Positions 1 to 10,598 of a DNA stretch of 64,000 bases are shown here, in pieces (within the stretch, counting starts at the first letter, position 1; every line of letters begins with the position of its first letter). The stretch is from an endosymbiont of Galathealinum brachiosum (lineage in GTDB: Bacteria; Pseudomonadota; Gammaproteobacteria; SZUA-229), in the NCBI GenBank assembly GCA_003349885.1, contig QFXC01000007.1, positions 269,125 to 333,124 on the forward strand. The letters run 5' to 3'. Position numbers and translations under genes: made by a program. Below the pieces are notes generated by a model that searched no databases, was not told the origin of the DNA, and was given only the letters and a program-made list of their open reading frames with translations.

Positions 1-538
1 CTGCAAATGAATATGTCTCTGCGCTAAAACCACGCCCATCACCTACGCCATGAAATGCAAAGTCATCTAAACCACCGAATGCCCATAATAAATAGTATTC
101 ACCTATAGATAAATCGAAATCATTTATATCACCCGTAGAGAGCAAACGGGATAACTCCATTGTTGTAGTACCACCCACTTCTGTAGATGACTCTATCGTA
201 AAATCCTGAGATGCATCCACTGGTGGACCACTAAAACCATCAAATGCAAAACCATCATAGCCATACGCTCCTCCATCAAAACCACCCAGAAATACATCTG
301 TATTAGCCATTAACTGATCAAAAGAAAAACCAATACCAATCCAGCCGGTACTCGTATTACTTATTTCCATCTGCAATAAATTTCCTGCACAAACATCCCA
401 GCTTATTTCAAAACCAGTACCGCTTGAGAATGAATTAGCATAACCACCTGGTGAACAAGATGCAGAGTATGATGTATTAACTGATAGACTGAGGGGGACG
501 ACACATAAAGCAATCGCTATTTTTCTAGAAATATTCAT
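1..538 (-). CDS. Secreted DOMON-domain protein (3' end runs off the window; not in the ORF track)
   Basis: Manual translation from ATG at 538: MNISRKIAIALCVVPLSLSVNTSYSA signal-like N-terminus, then DOMON motifs EISWDV, GWIGIGFS, LMANTDV, LSRLLSTGD, YLLWAFG, AFHG; no stop down to position 1. Confidence 0.85.
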   Translation of the reverse strand, partial: MNISRKIAIALCVVPLSLSVNTSYSASCSPGGYANSFSSGTGFEISWDVCAGNLLQMEISNTSTGWIGIGFSFDQLMANTDVFLGGFDGGAYGYDGFAFDGFSGPPVDASQDFTIESSTEVGGTTTMELSRLLSTGDINDFDLSIGEYYLLWAFGGLDDFAFHGVGDGRGFSAETYSFA

Positions 539-812
539 ATTAGATCCTACCTTTTACAGATTTATCATTTTTAAAATTCAAATTTCATAAATGAAATCGA
601 AAGTCACACTTTCAGAGCTCCCGTCCATATCATATAAACGATAACTCTTTGATGTTAGATAGTTTGTATTTACAAACATTTACGCTGTTATTTACAAAAT
701 TAAACTGTAAATAAAATTGAAATAGATCTTGATTATGTACTTAGCTTTAATAACAAAACTTATAATGAGATATTCATGGTACTCCAGCTATAGAGTATTG
801 TAAAACCCTGCA

Positions 813-826
813 TTGACTCGGATCAA
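813..826. promoter_or_regulatory. FNR/DNR-like box (1 mismatch)
   Basis: TTGAC-TCGG-ATCAA vs consensus TTGAT-N4-ATCAA, about 275 bp upstream of the DOMON gene. Confidence 0.35.
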
Positions 827-952
827 TAAAGAACCACTAACCTCATAAAACCAATTTATTAATAGCCATTAATATAAATTATTATTAATTTATAAAATTT
901 ACGAGAATTTAACCAGTAATATTTAATAAGCACATGTAATTCTTAACTATAG

Positions 953-1819
953 TTATAAACTGCTTCTCATTTCATCCAGTTCTGCGTGAATCATACCCGG
1001 TGTTTCCAGACTCATTTCACCTATTAGTTTGGCACGAAACTCATTGAGTAATATTTCTGAAACTTTGTGTAAATTCACTACTCCGCCCGCCTGCAGACAA
1101 CCACGTTTTTTAGCAATGGTTTCTAAAACACCCATTGCATCCTCAGGTATATCATCAAGCTTATAACGATTAAGCAATAATGATTTATACGCTGAAGAAA
1201 AATAACCCGCTGCATATAACGCAACATCTTCATATTCCATCGCTGTACTTTTTATTGCACCAGTAATAGCCAGTCTATAACCACTATTAATATTATGAAT
1301 TTTAGGCCACAAAAAACCCGGCGTATCCATTAACTCGATACCATTATCCAGAATGATTTTTTGCTGCCGTTTGGTGATAGCTGGCTCATCCCCCACTTTT
1401 GCAATAAACCGTCCAGCAAGAGTATTTATAACTGTAGATTTACCCACATTAGGAATACCCATAATCAGCACACGTATCGGTTTAACCGATACATTCCTTT
1501 CAGGAAAAAACTGACGGCACATTTTCAATGTCTGTTTTATTTTAGCGGGTTGCTCCTGTGTTACAGCAAGTGCTTTAATATTTCGTGATTCCTGAAAATG
1601 ATCTATCCATAACTGTGTAATACTGGCATCCGCCAGATCAGATTTATTAAGCAATTTGATGCACGGTTTATCACCACGCAGCTCAGCAATCAACGGATTT
1701 TCAGAGCTATAAGGAATACGTGCGTCCAGTACTTCTATAATTAGATCAATTTTAGGCATGACCTTTTTGATCTCTTTACGCGCCTTGTGCATGTGCCCCG
1801 GGAACCACTGAATTGCCAT
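953..1819 (-). CDS. ylqF: Ribosome biogenesis GTPase RbgA/YlqF
   Basis: IQWFPGHM N-terminus, EVLDARIP, NKSDL, GIPNVGKST, DTPG (circularly permuted GTPase); start placed at MAIQW, ORF track extends to 1837. Confidence 0.95.
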   Translation of the reverse strand: MAIQWFPGHMHKARKEIKKVMPKIDLIIEVLDARIPYSSENPLIAELRGDKPCIKLLNKSDLADASITQLWIDHFQESRNIKALAVTQEQPAKIKQTLKMCRQFFPERNVSVKPIRVLIMGIPNVGKSTVINTLAGRFIAKVGDEPAITKRQQKIILDNGIELMDTPGFLWPKIHNINSGYRLAITGAIKSTAMEYEDVALYAAGYFSSAYKSLLLNRYKLDDIPEDAMGVLETIAKKRGCLQAGGVVNLHKVSEILLNEFRAKLIGEMSLETPGMIHAELDEMRSSL

Positions 1820-1924
1820 AAAACTATCCATTAACATTTGATTAGCCGCATTTTAACCCAAAACAGCATCAAACTAGGCTAAAATTCATCTTAATTATTA
1901 ATAACTCTCACCCACTGGAAACCT

Positions 1925-3328
1925 ATGTCAAACCAGTACGATCTGTTAATTATTGGTGCCGGTGTTTCCGGTAGTGCACTGCTTTATCTCACCACCAAAT
2001 ATACAAATATTCAACATATCGGAGTTATTGAAAAATATTCAGCACCTGCTCGTGTCAACTCGTTATCCAGCAATAACAGCCAGACGTTGCACTGTGGCGA
2101 CATCGAAACAAATTATAGTCTGGATAAAGCACTGAAAGTTCAACGCGCAGCCAGCATGTTACGCAATTATGCTGTGGCGCAGCCAGATGCTCATCACATC
2201 ATATTTAAATACTCAAAAATGGTACTTGGTGTAGGCAAAAAAGAATGTGATCTTTTAAAACAACGATTCAAGCTCTTCAGCCCACACTACCCTTATTTAA
2301 AGCTTCTTGATAAAAAAGCCATAGCCCGCATCGAGCCCAATGTGGCGATGAATAATCACAAATTTCGAGAAGATGAAATAATTGCTCTGGGTTCAACCGA
2401 TGAATATACCGCTGTCAATTTCGAAGCCCTGTCCCGCTCTTTTGTCAGACAGGCAGAAATTATCGCAAATGAGCACCCTGAGAAATCCATCGACCTTCAT
2501 TACAATGAATATGTAGATCATATTAAAATCGATAAACACGGTTTTATTGTTGAAACAAACGGTGTCTGTTATCGAACTAAATCTCTTGTTGTCTGCGCCG
2601 GTGGCCACAGCCTTAAGCTGGCTCATGATATGGGTTATGGACACCACTATTCAGTACTCCCAATTGCCGGTAGTTATTATTTCACCCCACACGTTTTAAA
2701 TGGCAAGGTTTATACCGTTCAAAACGATGCACTGCCTTTTGCAGCAATTCATGGTGACCCTGACGTTCTCGTACCGGGTGCAACTCGATTTGGCCCAACA
2801 GCACTAGTCCTGCCAATACTTGAGCGGTATAACTTAAAAACCCTGCCAGATTTTCTTCAGGTTTTTCGGTTCGACAGTCGTGTAGCTAAAGTGCTATGGG
2901 ATTTATTAAAAGTAAGCGACATTAGAAACTATATGTTTAAAAATATGCTTTTTGAAATTCCTTTTATACGAAAAGTTCTTTTCTTAAAAGATGTTCGAAA
3001 AATAATCCCTTCATTAAATTTAAGAGATTTAAAGTTCGCTAATAAAGTTGGCGGTATTCGGCCTCAGTTAATAGATAAAGATCGTTGCGAATTATTAATG
3101 GGTGAAGCAAAAATAGATTCCGGTATCGGGGGAATTTTCAATATGACACCTTCACCCGGTGGCACATCCTGCATCGAAAATGCCGAAATTGATATGCGTA
3201 CCATTGTAAAACATCTTGGCGCCACAATTGATGAAGATGCACTTCAAAAAGACCTGCTTGTTGATGATGTTAAACATAATGCAGATGATTTTGCCGGGGT
3301 AGTAATTAGCGGTGATAATGCAAATTAA
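1925..3328 (+). CDS. mqo: FAD-dependent oxidoreductase, Helicobacter/Campylobacter-type malate:quinone oxidoreductase
   Basis: GAGVSG dinucleotide fold, NNSQTLHCGDIETNY, LPFAAIHGDPD, TRFGPTA, FNMTPSPGGTSC. Confidence 0.8.
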   Translation: MSNQYDLLIIGAGVSGSALLYLTTKYTNIQHIGVIEKYSAPARVNSLSSNNSQTLHCGDIETNYSLDKALKVQRAASMLRNYAVAQPDAHHIIFKYSKMVLGVGKKECDLLKQRFKLFSPHYPYLKLLDKKAIARIEPNVAMNNHKFREDEIIALGSTDEYTAVNFEALSRSFVRQAEIIANEHPEKSIDLHYNEYVDHIKIDKHGFIVETNGVCYRTKSLVVCAGGHSLKLAHDMGYGHHYSVLPIAGSYYFTPHVLNGKVYTVQNDALPFAAIHGDPDVLVPGATRFGPTALVLPILERYNLKTLPDFLQVFRFDSRVAKVLWDLLKVSDIRNYMFKNMLFEIPFIRKVLFLKDVRKIIPSLNLRDLKFANKVGGIRPQLIDKDRCELLMGEAKIDSGIGGIFNMTPSPGGTSCIENAEIDMRTIVKHLGATIDEDALQKDLLVDDVKHNADDFAGVVISGDNAN

Positions 3329-3389
3329 CACTTCATATGTAGCAACCCACAGACATTAGAATATCGCCAACATCTTATAAATCATGTAA

Positions 3390-3403
3390 TTGATGTGAAG
3401 CAA
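3390..3403. promoter_or_regulatory. FNR/DNR-like box (1 mismatch) upstream of hemerythrin-like gene
   Basis: TTGAT-GTGA-AGCAA, about 80 bp upstream of the start codon. Confidence 0.45.
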
Positions 3404-3481
3404 TAACAAAAACAGCAGCCTTAACTAGGCTCTTAATTAAGAATATTTTTCTCTTAACTTTACGAAGAAATGGAGCAAAAA

Positions 3482-3889
3482 ATGACACTTAAAGAAGAGC
3501 TTCTTCAGGAAAATCAGGGTATATCCAATACCATTGAAATACTCGCACACTTACTTAATCATAATGAATTACGTAAAAATCCCGTTTTTTGCAACTTATT
3601 AAAAGATTTCTCAAGCTCTGTTAATGAGCACTTAAATCATGAAGGACGAACCGCAATTAAAGAGCTATTACCACAAAATGATAATGGTGCTCACGAAGTG
3701 GCTGTGCAGTTTATAAATAACACCAACCAGTTAACAGGCATTATGAAGTCATATGCCAAGCACTGGTGTAATGTGCCTCATGATTTTTCAAGTAATGAAG
3801 CCTTTGTGGAAGAGACAAAAAACATTTTTCATCTAGTGACGAAACGTATAAATCTGGAAGAGGATAAACTGTTTCCGTATATAAATTAA
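3482..3889 (+). CDS. Hemerythrin/HHE-domain protein
   Basis: Helical 135-aa protein with EHLNHE and RINLEEDKLFP motifs; GGAG RBS before ATG 3482. Confidence 0.7.
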   Translation: MTLKEELLQENQGISNTIEILAHLLNHNELRKNPVFCNLLKDFSSSVNEHLNHEGRTAIKELLPQNDNGAHEVAVQFINNTNQLTGIMKSYAKHWCNVPHDFSSNEAFVEETKNIFHLVTKRINLEEDKLFPYIN

Positions 3890-4029
3890 TAATTTTATAA
3901 AATACATTATTAACGAACTATATTATTACATTCTCTGTCTGGAATCAGTTTTTACCTTTAGGATTTTCTGTGCATAACCGGCAGAGACAAGAATAAACTT
4001 ATCTTTTTAGGAGTAGATAATATTTTATT

Positions 4030-5160
4030 TCAGGTATCATCAATAATACTTTTAATATAATTTTTTACCGGGAGATCAACATCCAGTTTTAATAAATCTA
4101 ACATATCAGTCAGTAAAGACTTAATTGCCTTTTCCGGCTGTTCTATTAACGCATTTTCTTTTGCCACCTCAATCAACTCCTCTAACTGAGACAATACATT
4201 GATTGCAGGTGCGGGACTAAACCCTCCACCAGAACGTGATGCTACTGAATCATCAATCAATTCTGTTCGTTGATAAGTCTGCATTACTTCAACATAAGTA
4301 CTTTGCTGAAAATCTAAAGCAAAACTTTTCAATTCTTTATTATCAATACCCAGTTCCATTGCTGAATTAAATGCGGCCTGCACATCACCATTAAAAAACT
4401 GATTTGCTAAATCACCTACATTATTCAACAGTTCATTAATTGCCTGCTTCTCACCTTCATCAATATTACCCTGCACGCTAAACTGAAAAGAAGCTGATGA
4501 AATATTTGAATACTCAAATGAGGCTGATTCACCCTGTTGATTACTGCTATATTGCTGACTTGAAGCCGACTCAATAAACGCAGAATAACTCACTTCCACT
4601 TTATCACCATCCTGAGTAACTATTTCAATAGTAGCCTGACTACTCTGTTTGAACTGACTTGTTAAAGAGCCACTTTCTGAAATTATCCGGCCTATCTGTT
4701 GTTGTCGTGGAGTATCAATCGTTGTACTTCCAATACTCTCCAAACCCTTAAAAACCAGTGATTCTGTTTCATCAATCTGTGCAGCAATTTCATCTGTCAT
4801 CTGAGGCATAGCACTTAGTATCTCTCTAGCCTCTTCAAATCCCTGACTTATACCCTCTTTCGCCTGTTGCAACATACTCTGCGCTTCAAGCTCACTACCA
4901 GCCCTTTGATTAATTGCCGTTTCTACAAAACCCAGAATACGATCTGCAACGGCCTTGGGGGTAAAGTCAGCAGTATTTACCTGATTCACCGGTGCAAACC
5001 CGGAGAGTTTTTTATTAAGCTGGTTTTCCAGTAATTCAACTGGCGATTTAGATGGTGCTGAATGTTGAGAATAACCTTGTTTAAATTCAGGTTTATTTAA
5101 GGCGTGCAAATCTAACCCATTACCCGAACCGAATCCAGTGCCGTTAAATAGAGTATTCAT
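4030..5160 (-). CDS. DUF5610-like protein
   Basis: DFTPKAVADRILGFV, QGFEEAREIL, IVTQDGDKV, FSVQGNIDEGE, FFNGDVQAAF motifs. Confidence 0.7.
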   Translation of the reverse strand: MNTLFNGTGFGSGNGLDLHALNKPEFKQGYSQHSAPSKSPVELLENQLNKKLSGFAPVNQVNTADFTPKAVADRILGFVETAINQRAGSELEAQSMLQQAKEGISQGFEEAREILSAMPQMTDEIAAQIDETESLVFKGLESIGSTTIDTPRQQQIGRIISESGSLTSQFKQSSQATIEIVTQDGDKVEVSYSAFIESASSQQYSSNQQGESASFEYSNISSASFQFSVQGNIDEGEKQAINELLNNVGDLANQFFNGDVQAAFNSAMELGIDNKELKSFALDFQQSTYVEVMQTYQRTELIDDSVASRSGGGFSPAPAINVLSQLEELIEVAKENALIEQPEKAIKSLLTDMLDLLKLDVDLPVKNYIKSIIDDT

Positions 5161-5259
5161 GATGACGTCCTTCTGATCTATTATTTTGGTAAATAACGAT
5201 TTCAGACATTGCAGTAAATAAGAGAGATAATTGTCATTTTAATTGCTTTCTAATTATCT

Positions 5260-5286
5260 ATATCGGCTTACTATTGTATTTCTTAA
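5260..5286 (-). promoter_or_regulatory. Sigma-28 (FliA) promoter for the DUF5610-like gene
   Basis: Minus strand TTAAGAAA-N11-GCCGATAT vs consensus TAAAGTTT-N11-GCCGATAA. Confidence 0.7.
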
Positions 5287-5380
5287 GCACCACCTGTAAA
5301 TTCATGACGAATAGAAAAAATAACCAGTTTTCAAACAGTAACCAGCTAAAATTTCTGCCTGTTTGCCCCCGGAGCCATTA

Positions 5381-6199
5381 ATGAACGACATTGCCAAATC
5401 CCTCAAGCCAGAAGAATGCTTTATTACAGACGAGCCTTACTATGAAGCGGTAGGGTCAGAAATAGATATATTCCTGGCCGCATACAAGCAAAAAATACCT
5501 ATATTGCTTAAGGGACCGACAGGTTGTGGCAAAACCCGTTTTATGGAGCATATGGCCTGGCGCTTAAAAAAAGCCCTGATTACCGTGTCCTGTCATGATG
5601 ATTTAACCGCATCAGATCTGGTGGGGCGTTTTCTGATATCCGGTGGTGAAACAAAATGGATAGATGGCCCATTGGCACGCTCAGTCAGAAACGGTGCCAT
5701 CTGTTATTTAGATGAAATTGTTGAAGCCCGTAAGGACACGACTGTAGTTATTCACCCTCTGGCAGATGATCGCCGTGTATTGCCCATGGAAAAAGTAGGT
5801 GAAGTGCTTGAAGCAACAGATGATTTTTGTCTGGCAATTTCATATAACCCGGGATACCAGAGCGTACTAAAAGATTTAAAACAAAGCACACGCCAGCGAT
5901 TTGTAGCACTTGAGTTTGATTATCCGTCTGCCGAACTGGAAACCCGAATCATCAAAACGGAAGCTGACATTGATCAATCATTAGCTGAGCGTCTGGTTAA
6001 ATTTGCCCATATGACACGAAACCTCAAAGGCAGTGGTCTTGAAGAAGGAGCAAGTACGCGTTTACTGGTACATGCTGCTAAATTAATATCTGCCGGAATC
6101 TCTCCAGTTGATGCCTGCCATACATCTATTTCTCAGGCACTGACAGATGACCCAGAAATGCTTGCCGCAATTAATGAACTCAGTTCCTCACTGTTTTAA
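5381..6199 (+). CDS. CbbQ/NirQ/NorQ-family AAA+ ATPase
   Basis: [14 protein letters not shown]alker [52 protein letters not shown] before ATG 5381. Confidence 0.92.
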   Translation: MNDIAKSLKPEECFITDEPYYEAVGSEIDIFLAAYKQKIPILLKGPTGCGKTRFMEHMAWRLKKALITVSCHDDLTASDLVGRFLISGGETKWIDGPLARSVRNGAICYLDEIVEARKDTTVVIHPLADDRRVLPMEKVGEVLEATDDFCLAISYNPGYQSVLKDLKQSTRQRFVALEFDYPSAELETRIIKTEADIDQSLAERLVKFAHMTRNLKGSGLEEGASTRLLVHAAKLISAGISPVDACHTSISQALTDDPEMLAAINELSSSLF

Positions 6200-6208
6200 A
6201 ATAATACA

Positions 6209-8329
6209 ATGAGTTTACCCCCCTTTACATTTGCAGAAATCGAAGAGCGTTTCGATGATATGTTTGTTGAAGCAAATGAGTCAGTTATACAACACCTGAC
6301 CCAGTTTGATATTCAAACACAGGATGCTTTGCTGGTGATTGTTGAAAAAGCCGCCAGCACAAATAGCGGTCTTGCATTCCAGTTTTCCAATCGTCTGCAA
6401 CGTGCAATTGAATTAATGGAAGTTGACACCATTGAGATGTGGCTCGATCAGGCCATTGATGTATTTGACAGCAAAGGCCTTTACGGTGCAATAGAGAAAC
6501 TGGACGAACTGGAATCAGTAGCCAATCATGCAAAACAGAAACTCACTGGCATTGCCTTTGATGAAGTTTGCAATATGCTTGAGCATTTTGTTGTCGGCCT
6601 AAATGGTCGAAAACTTAAAATTGAAAGTGATAAAAAAACCTATACCGATACAGAAACCATTTTCCTCCCTGGCATGGTAAATCGTTTTTCCGAAAAAAAT
6701 GACAACTTTCAGTTATATAAATGCACTGTGGTTTTTTTATGGGCTCAAAACTGGTTTGGTACCTGGCACAATAATCTAACAGAAACACTGTCACAACATG
6801 ATGACCCGGCGCTTGCACTGCAATGGTTTCATGTAATGGAAATGATTCGCCTTGATCAAAAAATAAAACACGAATTACCTGGTATACACCGACAAATGCA
6901 ACGTTTATGTGAACTGGCTGGCCACACCAGAGTCTGCGATATAGAGATTACAGGTTTAGAGAAAAAAAACCTGGAAAAAACCATCACTCTTCAAAGCAGC
7001 GTTAAGGATGTACTTAAATTATTACCTCAGGTTGTTCATCAACAGGCTCCCGGGTTAAATTTTTATGCAGGCTGTTTACAGACTGAGCAGGTTGAACTCA
7101 GACGTGAAATACGTTTAATAAAAGAAAAGGACTTATTTCGTCAGGCTATAGCACATGTACTAGAAGAGAAAAAAGATAAAAAAGCCAGTGAATTCACCGA
7201 AGAAGAAAGACGTGAAATCAGTGCACATGAAATCCCTGACCCTGATATGCCTGAAGGTTTTAAGTATCGGTTAGAGCTTGATGGTCAGTCAATTGAACCG
7301 CCTGACGGTGTTGAAAGCTTAATGAGTTCTATAATTCAGGATCTAGGAGAAATTCCTGATGAATATCTGGTCGCCGCAGGAGATGGTAACTACAAAGTAA
7401 TAGCGGAAGCTGAAAAATCAGAAGATGAAAATGTCTGGGCAGGAACCTATCATGAAGAAGGCGCATATTTACATAAAGAATGGGATTACCGCAGACAAAG
7501 ATATAAGAAAAACTGGTGTGCACTGCGTGAAGTTAAGCTCACATCGGGTAACACTCGTTTTGTAAAAGATACTGTTAATAAATACGCCGGTTTAATAAAA
7601 AATTTACGCCGTACTTTTGAAATATTACGCGGTGAAGATAAAACATTAAAAAAACAGCCTTATGGTGATGATATTGATATTGATGCACTCGTTGAGGCCT
7701 GGGCAGATATGGCCAGCGGACTTGAAATGTCACAAAACACCTTCACCAAAATGCATAAAGAAGAACGTAATATCGCCGTAATATTTATGGTCGATATGAG
7801 TGGTTCAACCAAAGGATGGATAAATGATGCAGAACGTGAATCACTGGTTCTGTTAAGTGAAGCCCTTGAAACACTGGGTGATCGTTATGCTATTTACGGT
7901 TTTACTGGAAACACACGTAAACGCTGCGAAGTTTATCCGGTCAAAACATTTGAGGATGAGTATGATGATGAAACTAAAGGCCGAATAGGCAATATAAAAC
8001 CTCAGGACTATACTCGTCTCGGGGTATTTATTCGTCACTTCAATCAGATGTTTGAAACAGTTGAAGCTAAAACTAAAATCCTGATTACCTTATCCGATGG
8101 CAAACCGGAAGACTATGATGGTTATCGCGGTGAGTATGGTATTGAAGATACCCGAATGGCTCTGCTTGAATCACGACAACAAGGCGTTCACCCCTTTTGC
8201 ATCACTATCGACAAAGAGGGTCGGGATTATTTAAAAACCATGTATGGCAGTGCCAGTTATGTGGTACTTGATGACGTAAAACAGCTGCCCCTCAAAGTGG
8301 CTGATATTTATCGCAATATAACCAGCTGA
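6209..8329 (+). CDS. CbbO/NorD-family vWA adaptor
   Basis: EWDYRRQRY, GDDIDIDA, MIDAS DMSGST, DYTRLG, LSDGKPED, PFCITID; 9 bp downstream of the AAA+ gene. Confidence 0.9.
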   Translation: MSLPPFTFAEIEERFDDMFVEANESVIQHLTQFDIQTQDALLVIVEKAASTNSGLAFQFSNRLQRAIELMEVDTIEMWLDQAIDVFDSKGLYGAIEKLDELESVANHAKQKLTGIAFDEVCNMLEHFVVGLNGRKLKIESDKKTYTDTETIFLPGMVNRFSEKNDNFQLYKCTVVFLWAQNWFGTWHNNLTETLSQHDDPALALQWFHVMEMIRLDQKIKHELPGIHRQMQRLCELAGHTRVCDIEITGLEKKNLEKTITLQSSVKDVLKLLPQVVHQQAPGLNFYAGCLQTEQVELRREIRLIKEKDLFRQAIAHVLEEKKDKKASEFTEEERREISAHEIPDPDMPEGFKYRLELDGQSIEPPDGVESLMSSIIQDLGEIPDEYLVAAGDGNYKVIAEAEKSEDENVWAGTYHEEGAYLHKEWDYRRQRYKKNWCALREVKLTSGNTRFVKDTVNKYAGLIKNLRRTFEILRGEDKTLKKQPYGDDIDIDALVEAWADMASGLEMSQNTFTKMHKEERNIAVIFMVDMSGSTKGWINDAERESLVLLSEALETLGDRYAIYGFTGNTRKRCEVYPVKTFEDEYDDETKGRIGNIKPQDYTRLGVFIRHFNQMFETVEAKTKILITLSDGKPEDYDGYRGEYGIEDTRMALLESRQQGVHPFCITIDKEGRDYLKTMYGSASYVVLDDVKQLPLKVADIYRNITS

Positions 8330-8440
8330 TAAATCAATTAAAATAGTCTATATATTAGTAATAAACAAATCTTGAAATAAATTTATAAGCTTTTGTTTTT
8401 AAATGAAAAAAAGACAAGAGTTTATTTTCGAGGCTAGATT

Positions 8441-10468
8441 ATGAAAATATTCAGCAAGCTTTCTCTTCGCAAACAGATATGGGCTGGTTTTATAAGCATA
8501 ATGCTGCTCATTTTACTCGTTTCATCAATCTCATATTTTAGACTCTTGCAGGTACAAAATCAGGCTACAGGTATTGCTGACTACGCACAACCGGCCATGT
8601 TATCCGCTCTAACGCTTAAAGAACATATTCAGTCCACCACCAGTCTTATGGGGCTTTATATAATAAATAAAACACCTGAATATTCTGAAAAATTTACTCA
8701 TGCTTTGAATACATTAGTAATCTCTCTAAAAAAATACAATGACTTACCTGCAGTTCAACAAGATGTAAATATGCAGAATGAGTCTCTTAAGCTTGAGAAA
8801 TTAATTAACCAGTTTATTAAACATCAGGAAAAGATTAATTTTCTTAATAAAAACTTTATTGAAAATTACCCTGCAATGAAAATAGCTAATTCTGAAATAA
8901 ACCCAAGGTATCAGGAAACACTACAGATATTTTCAGAAATGATTGAGTCAGAATTTGATGAAGATGCAACGAATGAACGTCGAGAACATCTTCAACAGAT
9001 AAATAATTTAAGACAGAACTGGATGAGTATTGTCGCATTATTACGAACATTTCTCGCCAATCCAAATCTTGAACGCACAAATCAGCTAACAATCTATATT
9101 GATCAGAATAAAAACATGATGGATGCGCTTAATAAAAACTCTGACTTATTCACCTTTGAACAGGAAGAAGGCATACCAAGACTAAATTTAATATCAGATG
9201 AATACTTCAAATACATAAATGTTATTTTTAATATTTTAAAAAACAATAAATGGCGAGAAGACGTGAGTTTAATTAAAAATGAAATAACTCCGTTAATGAA
9301 TGATATAAGCATTCAAATAGATTCCATGATTGATTATCAAAAATATCAGGTTGAATCTGGAAACAATGAACTTATTTCAAAAACTAAAAACACGTTAAGT
9401 TTAATTTCTATTGTATTAATAATTTCACTATTAACTGGTTTTATCACTGCGAAAATAACTTGTAAACAAATCAATACAGTCGTTCTGGAAATCAACAGTA
9501 TCTTAAAAAACATCCTGAGTGGAGATTTCTCATTACGCATGAATGAAAATCGAGCAGGTGACATTGGTCGTCTGGGGAAAACAGTAAATCAATTCAGCAA
9601 AAGTTTGAAATCAATTATCGATGAAATTAGATCTTCCGTGTCAGAATTACACGGCACTTCTAACAACCTGATTTCTGTCACTCAGGTAACAACAGAAAAT
9701 ATACAACAACAAAACAAGGAAACTGAACTCGTCTCAACTGCAGCAGAAGAAATGTCTTTAACATCAGAAGAAGTTGCTAAAAACACATCCGCAGCTTCTG
9801 AATCTGCAAAACATGCAGACATTGATACTCAAACCGGATCTGATAAATCTAATGCAGCACTAAATGGAATGAAGCATTTAATACAGAATCTTGATAATTC
9901 AGCAAAAGTTATTCATTCTCTGCAGGTAGATACTAATAACATTAGTATGGTACTGGATGTTATCCGTGACATTTCAGATCAGACCAATTTATTAGCCCTT
10001 AATGCGGCAATCGAAGCGGCTAGAGCTGGAGAGCAAGGCAGAGGTTTTGCTGTTGTAGCTGATGAAGTACGCACCCTGGCCAGCCGAACACAGGACTCGA
10101 CAGACCAGATTAAGGAGTTAATAGATAAATTACAACATGGCGCTGATAATGCGGTTACAGTTATGGCTTCATCTATAGACGAAGCAAACAACAATAGCGC
10201 CCAGGTGGAAGAAGTTGCAAACTCACTTAACAAGATTAAAGAAGAAATAAATAACATCAATAATGTTTTAGGGCAGGTAGCTACCGCGAGCGCACAGCAA
10301 AGCAGCACCTCCCATGAGATAGCTAATAATATCGCCTCTATCAGCACTATTGCAGAAAAAACCTCACTTAGCACAGAGTCCCTTCACACTGCAGAATCAG
10401 ATCTGGACAAAGTAACAGACAGGCTAGATAACGTTATATCAGTATTTAGAACTCAATTAACAGGTTGA
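8441..10468 (+). CDS. Methyl-accepting chemotaxis protein
   Basis: Two TM helices around a periplasmic domain, HAMP, signalling hairpin [35 protein letters not shown]. Confidence 0.97.
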   Translation: MKIFSKLSLRKQIWAGFISIMLLILLVSSISYFRLLQVQNQATGIADYAQPAMLSALTLKEHIQSTTSLMGLYIINKTPEYSEKFTHALNTLVISLKKYNDLPAVQQDVNMQNESLKLEKLINQFIKHQEKINFLNKNFIENYPAMKIANSEINPRYQETLQIFSEMIESEFDEDATNERREHLQQINNLRQNWMSIVALLRTFLANPNLERTNQLTIYIDQNKNMMDALNKNSDLFTFEQEEGIPRLNLISDEYFKYINVIFNILKNNKWREDVSLIKNEITPLMNDISIQIDSMIDYQKYQVESGNNELISKTKNTLSLISIVLIISLLTGFITAKITCKQINTVVLEINSILKNILSGDFSLRMNENRAGDIGRLGKTVNQFSKSLKSIIDEIRSSVSELHGTSNNLISVTQVTTENIQQQNKETELVSTAAEEMSLTSEEVAKNTSAASESAKHADIDTQTGSDKSNAALNGMKHLIQNLDNSAKVIHSLQVDTNNISMVLDVIRDISDQTNLLALNAAIEAARAGEQGRGFAVVADEVRTLASRTQDSTDQIKELIDKLQHGADNAVTVMASSIDEANNNSAQVEEVANSLNKIKEEINNINNVLGQVATASAQQSSTSHEIANNIASISTIAEKTSLSTESLHTAESDLDKVTDRLDNVISVFRTQLTG

Positions 10469-10479
10469 TATTTATTGTA

Positions 10480-10493
10480 TTGATATATATCAA
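10480..10493. promoter_or_regulatory. Perfect FNR/DNR box with a class II-spaced -10
   Basis: TTGAT-ATAT-ATCAA inside the palindrome GTATTGATATATATCAATAC; TATATT at 10516-10521 fits a site centred near -41.5. Confidence 0.75.
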
Positions 10494-10598
10494 TACGGTT
10501 TTTTCAGTACATTAATATATTAGACCTTACAAATTTAACTACTATTCTGGAAGTTGACACTCAACATTCCGGTTTATTCTCACGGAGTGTTACTAAAG

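Noticed and set aside
953..1837. rbgA/ylqF as foreign in a gammaproteobacterium
   Set aside because: Absent from E. coli but common in other Gammaproteobacteria
9979..10374. 131-aa antisense ORF and the many other short ORFs nested in long genes
   Set aside because: Antisense or frame shadows of well-supported CDSs (MCP, RND, uvrA, accA, EAL protein)
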